Of a stretch of 32,633 nucleotides of DNA, positions 23,250 to 32,633 are shown one piece after another. Source of the stretch: Ginkgo biloba (taxonomy: Eukaryota > Plantae > Ginkgophyta); NCBI GenBank assembly GCA_024626585.2, contig JANKJI020000002.1, forward strand, positions 31,671,865-31,704,497, read 5' to 3'. The translations under genes were made by a program, and so were the position numbers. Every line of letters begins with the position of its first letter. Within the stretch, counting starts at the first letter, position 1. Below the pieces are notes generated by a model. It was not told the origin of the DNA and searched no databases. It was given only the letters and a program-made list of their open reading frames with translations.

Positions 23250-24007
23250 TATAAGGCCCAAAATAGAAATTATCAAATTATTCAGATAATATAACAACTA
23301 CTAAGAATACAAATTGCTCATAAAGAACTCCATAAAATACACAAAAAAATAACAATATCAAAATTTAGGATCATAATGAACCACAATGGTCACAATAAGA
23401 TAAGATATCAAAATGATAGAGAAGATGTTCTAAAGGAGATTGAAGAATATATGACGTTGGAATTTCTAGGAGCACTTGTTACCTATAGAAGTGGGGTGGG
23501 AGCACCTTCTATTCCTAAAGATAAGTTAGGAATTACATGCTTTAAAAAAAAGAAATTTTCTTTCAAGGGAAGAAAGTAGAAATGTTGAACATAGGATGAT
23601 GATAAAATGAAGGGAAACACAGTGAATAAGAAATATGTAGAGGGTAAAGGTGAAAGTTGGTTGAACAAAATGGAGATGAACTTACCTATAGAAGATGAGG
23701 AATATGGGCCTACACCTATTGAATAATAATAATAACCATCGATGTTAGTTGTAGTCATGCAATAATAATTTAATATTTTTATAGAGAAAGATTTGAGAGG
23801 TCTGATTGACAAAAATCTAGGTTTGGAAGAATTACTAAAAGTAAATTGTATGTATAAATTTTGTTATCAATCCTTTGCTCACAACGTTATATAAGTTCAT
23901 AAATTTGAGCAAAGTTATATAAAAGGAATAAAATAGGTGCAAGGGAAGGAAATTTTTATAAATAAATAGACCCTTTCAAAAGCCATTCATACCGTAAGTA
24001 TAGGAAA
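23250..24007 (-). repeat. Probable 5' LTR (partial) of the chromovirus-type element
   Basis: Non-coding sequence directly abutting the PBS. The distal end is lost in the N gap and no second LTR copy is visible. Confidence 0.45.
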
Positions 24008-24819
24008 NNNNNNNNNNNNNNNNNNNNNNNNNNNNNNNNNNNNNNNNNNNNNNNNNNNNNNNNNNNNNNNNNNNNNNNNNNNNNNNNNNNNNNNNNNNNN
24101 NNNNNNNNNNNNNNNNNNNNNNNNNNNNNNNNNNNNNNNNNNNNNNNNNNNNNNNNNNNNNNNNNNNNNNNNNNNNNNNNNNNNNNNNNNNNNNNNNNNN
24201 NNNNNNNNNNNNNNNNNNNNNNNNNNNNNNNNNNNNNNNNNNNNNNNNNNNNNNNNNNNNNNNNNNNNNNNNNNNNNNNNNNNNNNNNNNNNNNNNNNNN
24301 NNNNNNNNNNNNNNNNNNNNNNNNNNNNNNNNNNNNNNNNNNNNNNNNNNNNNNNNNNNNNNNNNNNNNNNNNNNNNNNNNNNNNNNNNNNNNNNNNNNN
24401 NNNNNNNNNNNNNNNNNNNNNNNNNNNNNNNNNNNNNNNNNNNNNNNNNNNNNNNNNNNNNNNNNNNNNNNNNNNNNNNNNNNNNNNNNNNNNNNNNNNN
24501 NNNNNNNNNNNNNNNNNNNNNNNNNNNNNNNNNNNNNNNNNNNNNNNNNNNNNTTAATATTCTATATTCTATCTTTATAATTAAGCCTCCTCCAAGATCG
24601 TATACCATCGCAACAACTTGCCCTTACTCTAGCATACAAAATAAAGTAATTATACCTACAACCAAATATAAAAATAGATAAGAGAGTGAGGTGGATTTGG
24701 TCATGTATTTAGAAATAAAAATAAACCATAATTCAATGATATAGAAAAGGTCCATATATAACAAATATTNNNNNNNNNNNNNNNNNNNNNNNNNNNNNNN
24801 NNNNTAGGTTAATAGAAGA

Positions 24820-26526
24820 AATGACTGTTAGACTAGGGTAGTTTTACAGTTAGGATTCTAACTACCTTTATTGGCCATGGAGATTGCTTATATGACTTGA
24901 ATAATGTAGGCAACCAAACCTCCATCACATAAATGCAACTATCAATTCCTATCAAGTATTAGAGATCCACAATTCAACCCCACATGATCAAGGATGCTAT
25001 GAGTATGCCATTTAGACCCCTCTTTAGCATCAATATAAACCCTAAAAATCTAAGATATCCATTTTTATTGATAGTTAATGGTTTTCAACACTAAAATCCT
25101 AGGGATTCCCTAAAGGGCCCTCATATGGAAATCTCTGTAGGGTCTAAAAACCACCATGGATGGACCTAAAGACCATGGGTCATGATGATAATAATAACCA
25201 TTCAATTCATAATTACACCAATAGTTATAAATTGGTTAAAAATTGCATAAACATCTATCCAAGTAAAGGCATCAAATTCCAATTGTTAGTAATCTTAAAT
25301 AAATGCATGCAAGGGAAAACATGGGTACTCATCTTTGTTAGATCCATATAGAGTTTCTAGGGTTTTTATAGTATAAGTGATGGAAATTTTATAATCTATA
25401 CCAAATCATACATACATGAAATATGAATCATTACTATATCATTAATGACTATCAATATAACAAACAAGCCCTATGAATAAGGGTGCCCTCCATTAAGGAA
25501 TCTACAACAACTAATATTAGGACTTAAATCCTTTGCATAGGCATGTACAACTCAAAAATTAAATTTTGTTATAAACTATAAAAATTACATGAATATATAT
25601 TACTTAGAAATAATAATAGTGTTATAGTTTAAAATTTACTTATAGAATCTAAAACTTGCCAAGATAGAGTGTTAAGGCCAATGATCCAAAATACCTCATC
25701 GATGTAAATTGACTTAATCTAGCCAATCAAAGTGCTACAACTTACTATAGAAGGTCAAACAATGTTGAAAATGTGTGAATACACTAGTCCTAGGTTGTAG
25801 GAAGGATTTTCTTGGGGTTCCTAATGTATAGAAATAATGTAGAACTTTGTGATAATACCTTCAATGAAGTTACCCAAACTTAAGGAAGAGATTTGAGTAC
25901 TTGTTATACAAGAATGCTTATTGAAAATTTGCTCTAATGATGAAATTTTGGCTCAAAAGTATGCAAAAAATATAAANNNNNNNNNNNNNNNNNNNNNNNN
26001 NNNNNNNNNNNNNNNNNNNNNNNNNNNNNNNNNNNNNNNNNNNNNNNNNNNNNNNNNNNNNNNNNNNNNNNNNNNNNNNNNNNNNNNNNNNNNNNNNNNN
26101 NNNNNNNNNNNNNNNNNNNNNNNNNNNNNNNNNNNNNNNNNNNNNNNNNNNNNNNNNNNNNNNNNNNNNNNNNNNNNNNNNNNNNNNNNNNNNNNNNNNN
26201 NNNNNNNNNNNNNNNNNNNNNNNNNNNNNNNNNNNNNNNNNNNNNNNNNNNNNNNNNNNNNNNNNNNNNNNNNNNNNNNNNNNNNNNNNNNNNNNNNNNN
26301 NNNNNNNNNNNNNNNNNNNNNNNNNNNNNNNNNNNNNNNNNNNNNNNNNNNNNNNNNNNNNNNNNNNNNNNNNNNNNNNNNNNNNNNNNNNNNNNNNNCT
26401 CAAGTTTGTCCTGTACCCTAAGAAGCCCTCTATGCCCCTCAACTATCAAAATTTACTCCTTGAAAGGAGGCACCCTTTGCTAGAGCACCTTGAGGCCTTA
26501 GCCCTCATATTTACCCCCTCTCTACA
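24820..26526. repeat. Long non-coding dispersed repeat, copy B (LTR-like)
   Basis: Collinear and in the same orientation as 2530-3950 (see copy A). It ends ttaccccctctctaCA at 26526, compared with ctacccctttgtgac at about 3938-3952. Confidence 0.7.
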
Positions 26527-26599
26527 ACTTTATCTAGATTAGTAATCATCAACTACATAATTCATAAAGTGGCCTATAAAGACAACTTAGAGTTTTTCA

Positions 26600-29587
26600 C
26601 ATTCTCTAAGATAAGATTTACCAAACTTTTCTAGGTTGTAATAAGTCTCCTCAATTTGACAACAAACATATTTCAACCATGAACAAGTATAAATTGATTG
26701 GGTGATTGTATCTATTTTTATCAAAAGAAAGAAATTGATTTTTTTGTTTAAATTTTTTTCCTTAATGTAGCATCTACATACTGACTCAAATGTCTTTTAT
26801 GCAATAAATGTGATTTATTTATTTCTTTGTAATTTATTGAAAATATCTTAATAATTTTACGTTTTTTGATATCAATCTAGATCAACTTGTAATCCTATAT
26901 TTTAGCAAGGGCATGCTCCTAGATTTGTTTTGGCCATAGAGTATGACTTAATTGTAATGGTTTGAAGTAATGTTGGTGGTGATTATTAATTTAAAAAAAA
27001 AATGTTGTTGGTGAAACTAAAGATAAGAGGAGTTATCCTAATAACTACTTAATCTCTTTACAATGTCCTACCCATTATTCAAGGAGAAGGTATCAACTTT
27101 GAACTGATTATCTAATGATGTTTAACATTCCAAGTCCAATCCTTCCACCAATAAAATGGTGATTGGATGTTAGGAAGAAGGGAATATGGAAATATATTGC
27201 CTAGATTATCAATCACCCTCTTAGCAAGGCTAGCTAAAGAATATTTTTCTTTGATCCATGCAAAAGTAATCCACTTCTTAAAGATTTAGAAAAGTATTCA
27301 TGCCCTTCTTAAACAATATCAAGATACTAAATGAAGGGATGTTTCATGGAGGGGAACCATCCTATACACATAAGAACTTTAGATTGACTAATTTGTAATA
27401 AACCATCCCTTCCTTGAAAGAGGTATCCATGTTATGCTAGTAATAATTACACTTTTCTTAGGTTTTTCATATGCATTTGAAGATGAAATCATTTCCAACA
27501 AAACCATGTGTAGGTGTGAGGATTGATCTTAGAGAGGTATGTTGAACCATTCCCTTTTACCATTAAGATATCAACTAAGAATATTACTATTGATTGATAT
27601 TTTTCATGCTTTATCNNNNNNNNNNNNNNNNNNNNNNNACTTATTTACCATAAAGGGAAAAATGTTACTTTGAATCTTAATTATGCTCAAGCCTCCCTCA
27701 TCCTTAGGGAGCAATACATATCCCACTTGAATCTAAAATTCCTTCCTTCATTAGAGACCTAATTGAAGGACCCAAGCTTTTCCCAAGTTTACATAAGTTG
27801 AATTGGATGTAACTCAATACGAGGTGTAATAAACGTGTGTAGTAGCTAATGCCTTTGTGCAAATTTAGCATGTAGCAACTAGAGATTTGGGTATGGTGAT
27901 CTACTAACATATCCTTTTCTCAACTCTTTCAAGAACAAAGCTTCACATGTTCACAAGGGAGGTTAGGAAACCAAAAGGAATTCTGGGATATCTTGAAATC
28001 TNNNNNNNNNNNNNNNNNNNNNNNNNNNNNNNNNNNNNNNNNNNNNNNNNNNNNNNNNNNNNNNNNNNNNNNNNNNNNNNNNNNNNNNNNNNNNNNNNNN
28101 NGAAGAAGCTACCACCTGGGAGACTGAGTCATTTCTACACCAACATCAAAAATTAATAAATCTTTGATTGGAAAATATTTTTTGAATGGGAGTAATAAAC
28201 CTAACGCTTAGTCACACCTACCCTACCTACTTTTTCTAAAACTTATCCCTTCACAAGCTCTAATTTCCTTTCTTTTAACATTTATTCTTATATAATTATG
28301 TATGTAAGACACTTGTCCTTCATGCAAGGTATTCTCTCTTGTATTCTTATGCATAAACCATCTTGCAATCATTTTGAGGTATCTTTTGTATCTAACACTA
28401 TTGTAGTAGAGGTTTTCACCCTTGAAGTGGATTGGTTAATGATATCTTATATTTTTATATTTTGAGAATTCCTTATGTAGTGAGTTGGATCAAAGGTTTC
28501 TTATATTTCACATATATAATTCCTATTAGAGAAAGATACAAAATAAAAAATATATTGTTTATCTTGAAATCTTATTAAGATGGAACTAGGCCTAACTAAA
28601 TTTATATAAGGCTCCCTTGGCCTCTAGCTCTATCTATCTCATTATGTGTTTTCATAGGAATTTAGATCCATAGGATTCATTAAAGATAATGTTGAACATT
28701 ATTGCCTTACCCAAAATTTTCTCCTCCTTATTAACAGTTGAAATCAATCATCAATGAAGTGGCCATTCACAAATCATTGTCATTCTTATTTGAGTGCATT
28801 ATTCTAACTAATATACATTTGATTAACATCGTGAACAACTAGGTATATTAGTGCATCATCAAAGGAAAAATAGGGTAGTAACATGGGTCTACTGCGCATA
28901 ACATAGCCAAGTAGAATCATCTCCTTATCTTGTCCCCATTGATGGTTACAAAAGCATAAGATTACAAAAAGGAATCCTGACTACTTTATTAAAAAATAGA
29001 CCAAAACCAAAAGTAGAGAGCATTGCCAAAATAAATACCCATTCAATCCTACTGTAAGCCTTTTGAAAATGAATTTTTGTAAATAACATTTCATTCTCAA
29101 TTCCCTTTATCCATTCTGTTCCATCACACACGAATAACTAAAAGTTCAAAATGTATCTCCTCTTGATAAAACCTATTTTCTTAGGTTTGATTATCTTACA
29201 AGGGAGGTGCTTAACTCTTCTAGCCATTACCTTGAGATCTTATAAGAAATATTGAAGAGGGTCATTAGCCTCTAATAGAAAATTAATTCTATATCCCCAA
29301 CTTGTAAATGAATATGCGATTGCCTTTATTGATTTCGGTACCCAAGGAGTTTGTGTCAATTGTGATAGACTTGAGGAGACCAAATAATGTATAGTCCCTA
29401 AGTTGCTTTATAGAACCTATTAGGAAATCCATCTTGTCTAAGGGCATCTTCATGATCCATATTTAAGGGTTATGTTAGTTGTTGAAGGCTAAAATGGAAA
29501 TCAAGAACTCTAGCATTGGTAGGAATGGGTTTCTTAGGACTACCTCCTAACATGATTGAATGGCACAAACTTTAGAAGTAGGCATGC
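26600..29587 (-). mobile_element. Decayed L1-clade LINE ORF2 (RT and downstream region)
   Basis: Minus-strand order: *RLMTLFNISYKI (about 29270, cf. WRPITLLNxSYKI), GFIKRRYI, KIHFQKAYSRIEWVFILAML..FGFG (28946-29131, cf. KLDFEKAYDRVEW), NGHFIDD (about 28765, cf. FADD), RYPRIPF (about 27990, cf. YLGIPF), ICTKALATTHVYYTS (about 27850) and FIFKCI*K (about 27480). The 3' limit is approximate. Confidence 0.88.
28165..28698. mobile_element. Probable solo LTR (~534 bp) nested inside the LINE RT
   Basis: Non-coding block bounded by TG(attgg)...(ttgaa)CA with a TATATAA box near 28604. It splits the LINE RT shortly after the FADD-equivalent motif. The target-site duplication is poor (3/5 match). Confidence 0.55.
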
Positions 29588-30249
29588 NNNNNNNNNNNNN
29601 NNNNNNNNNNNNNNNNNNNNNNNNNNNNNNNNNNNNNNNNNNNNNNNNNNNNNNNNNNNNNNNNNNNNNNNNNNNNNNNNNNNNNNNNNNNNNNNNNNNN
29701 NNNNNNNNNNNNNNNNNNNNNNNNNNNNNNNNNNNNNNNNNNNNNNNNNNNNNNNNNNNNNNNNNNNNNNNNNNNNNNNNNNNNNNNNNNNNNNNNNNNN
29801 NNNNNNNNNNNTCTTAAGTACATTGACTTATTTTATTCATGGATAATATATTAGTTTATGAACTCATAGTAGTAATGGGAAACATAATCCAAAATCAATC
29901 ACCTCAAGTTCATAGAGAATACTTCCTCAGAGGAATTCACAAACAAACATAAATATAACTATCTAAACAACAAAGAAATTGCTAAAAATGAAATAAAAAC
30001 TAAAATTTACTTGAATAGAAAATAAATGGCACTTATAAGAACAAAAAAAATACATAGAGATAACCTAATAACTATTTTCTAGTGTGGGGTACCATCCACT
30101 TATATCTATTATAGTCTAGAGTGCTTAGAAACAAATCTAAACACCCCCTAGTTAGATAGCATTTTTTAATCTAATCTATTAATTTCTTATTTACACTTTT
30201 TCTTAGGTTGGAGCATATAAATCAAAGTTCAGGTGAACCACTTTCCTTC

Positions 30250-30710
30250 ACATAATTAGGTTCGAAAAAGAGAAGTTCGACTTTCATATGGAGCCACACT
30301 TCTTTTTAATTAGCAAGCCACTTTAAAGGAAACCCACCTTATTTATATCTAGGTGATTCTACCATATTGGAGTGTCATTGGGGCATATAAGTTAGCTCTA
30401 CATAGTTAATTATTATCCATATTGAAAATAATCTAAAAAACTAATTGGTCTGGGTCACATCCCCATGAAATAATGTCTTATTCCAAACCACAATATGATA
30501 AGGTTGATAGTCTACAACAACTCAAATTAGAACTTGTTTCTCATAGACACAATAGATGGACATTTTGCATCATTTTGGGATGAAATGTTTGCATTAAAAC
30601 ATGCTTGTTCATACTTTTAAAGACACATTGAGTGCATTACCGAACAATGAAATATATGCAATGATCCTAGAGAGCGTAGGCTCCAAATGGTCCCCTAGAG
30701 CACAAATTAT
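30250..30710 (-). mobile_element. Second, more decayed LINE RT fragment
   Basis: LGDHLEPTL (about 30700, cf. QGDPLSPxL), NALN, QVLI*VVVDY (cf. QFADD) and YK*GGFPL (cf. YLGxP) occur in the expected order. Confidence 0.4.
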
Positions 30711-31781
30711 ATGTAGTGCTAAAAACAAAAGGAGGCACAAATTAAAGCAAGCATTCATTACTTAAATTTGTTTGCCTATTCTTTTAATTTATGTGCAATG
30801 TGATGGATGTAAAAAGGCACATTATTTATACAACAAGTGTCACATTCATATCAACAACATGAGTTTATTCTACTAGAAGGCCATACTCATTTTTGCTTGA
30901 GATCAACTCCCAAACATAACTAGGGTAATTTACTTGAAAGGGTTTAGTGTAATGGCATTGTTAGGCATCAATGCATGAGCTCACTAGCTTTATTTTTACT
31001 CAGTTGTGTATGTCTAAAGAAGCCCACATTAGCCATTCCAAGATTTCTTTTGCATGAGAAGCAGCACGTACTACACTACACTCTATAACTTTCGTTGTTC
31101 TTTTGTTCGGAGACTTTAGAAAGTGTGCAACATGAGAAACTAAATTTAAATTATTTCTTAAAATAAAAAAACTTAAAAGCCATTAACTAGTCGATCTTAA
31201 TTTCATCAATTATCGACACAATTTATGCACGCGAGGAAGAGAAACGAATTGAAAATAAACTATTTGAAATAATTCTGTGAAACAAACCGTAACAACACAG
31301 GNNNNNNNNNNNNNNNNNNNNNNNNNNNNNNNNNNNNNNNNNNNNNNNNNNNNNNNNNNNNNNNNNNNNNNNNNNNNNNNNNNNNNNNNNNNNNNNNNNN
31401 NNNNNNNNNNNNNNNNNNNNNNNNNNNNNNNNNNNNNNNNNNNNNNNNNNNNNNNNNNNNNNNNNNNNNNNNNNNNNNNNNNNNNNNNNNNNNNNNNNNN
31501 NNNNNNNNNNNNNATAACTTGAAAGAATCCAATCGGAAGTTACAAGAAGCTAATCGCTAAGTTATCTAATCACTAAATTAGAGAATACTATTATATGAGA
31601 AACTATTTGCTGGTGTTGCATTTTCATAGGGTTTTGAACTACACAATCCAAGTGCCAAAATGCACAAAAGAAATGAGAGGTGATGGTGTTTCCCAAACAT
31701 AATTCATATTGTAAATTTATTCTCTTTAACCCATTTCATCACCCTATGAATTATTGTAGGATGTTTCTTGATTAATGTCTA

Positions 31782-32119
31782 CATGTTGATATTAAAGACA
31801 ATGGAAAGGGTATTAAGTTGGCAACTAACTTTTTTAGAGTGCTCCTTGAACTATTTGCATATTGTCCTCGTGATTGTTTCGAGTGACAATGCAAAGGGTA
31901 TTGAGTCAGGTTGATATTAAAGACAATGCAAAGGGTATTGGGTTGGTAACTCACCATTTTAGAGCGCTCCTTGAACTATTTGCATATTGTCCTCATGCTA
32001 GTAACATAATTGTTTCGAGTGACAATGCAAAGGCTATTGAGTTGGTAACTAACTATTTTAGAGCTTTCCTTGAACTATTTGCATACTGTCCTCGTGCTAG
32101 TAACATGATTGTTTCGAGT
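31782..32119 (+). repeat. 99-bp-unit tandem repeat with higher-order structure
   Basis: The unit GACAATGCAAAGGGTATT...TTGAACTATTTGCATATTGTCCTC..TTGTTTCGAGT starts at 31797 (88 bp, 11-bp deletion), 31885 (22-bp partial), 31922 (99 bp) and 32021 (99 bp). A leader gttgatattaaa precedes both 31797 and 31922. Confidence 0.95.
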
Positions 32120-32633
32120 TCGAGCCTTCTAAAGATCATTTTGAACTCGTGAATTTGTATTGTTGCATTACAAATATTGTATTTCATGGCTCCTTGGCAC
32201 TTTTTTCAATTTAAGGAATATAATAAGTCTTTCTTCAAAGATTTCCAAAACATTGTCTTTGTCTACGTTAGTCCCTTCTAGTCATTTTTATACCCTTATT
32301 TTCCATCTCCTTTAACCTTTCAGGCCCAAGTGTAATATCATGGGATACAAACAACCTAGTGGTCCCATGGTGGGAAGCTTCCAACATTTTCTAAACATCG
32401 ACTGGTGACTATTTCAGGACCTAATCCACAACTAAAGAGGATTGCATGGTCCTTTGAAATAAGGACAAACCTTCTTTTGGCATGTGGTTAGTTTCCTTAT
32501 GGATTCACGTATCTATTGTTGTGTAGTATGGGTGTTCAATGCGGTCACGATATGTTCTCTTGTGAAATCCTAGTTTGTCATACTACATTAAAACCTCTTA
32601 TGCTTATGTGTGTGTGCGCATTAGTCCCACATT

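Noticed and set aside
31782-32119. CRISPR-like array, or GHKL ATPase G1 box (DNGKGI)
   Set aside because: The units are contiguous with no unique spacers, there are no cas genes and the context is eukaryotic. DNGKGI occurs in only one unit (others DNAKG/DNAKA) with no N, G2 or G3 boxes.
1-32633. tRNA, rRNA, organellar insertion or prokaryote-type operon/defence system
   Set aside because: No such sequence recognised. The visible coding signals are explained by CYP38 exons and retroelement relics; the content of the N gaps cannot be assessed.

Overview
Eukaryotic, AT-rich, CpG-depleted land-plant nuclear DNA from a gappy draft assembly with many N runs. The very old retroelement relics and a probable multi-kb intron suggest a large-genome gymnosperm or fern; this is inference only. 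The one confidently identified host gene is the 3' part of the thylakoid-lumen cyclophilin CYP38/TLP40, as three GT-AG exons at 7755-7897, 8162-8233 and 8486-8713 on the + strand. Its upstream exons are not visible in the preceding 7.7 kb, which is largely retrotransposon debris. The rest is a layered transposon graveyard: Ty1/copia relics (about 4.5-5.5 kb +, 7.0-7.5 kb -, 14.4-17.2 kb -), an Athila-like Ty3/gypsy (17.7-21.4 kb +) converging on a chromovirus-type gypsy with a tRNA-iMet PBS (21.65-23.25 kb -), and an L1-type LINE (26.6-29.6 kb -) interrupted by a probable solo LTR. There are also two diverged copies of a long non-coding repeat, a GC/CpG-rich island, a compound microsatellite and a 99-bp tandem repeat. 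I found no convincing new multi-gene system. The best leads are the divergent CYP38 (Q->K in the cyclophilin QxGD motif), a possible convergent terminal exon 364 bp downstream of it, the GC-rich island and the frame-preserving 99-bp repeat. All protein-family comparisons are from recalled consensus motifs, not database searches.
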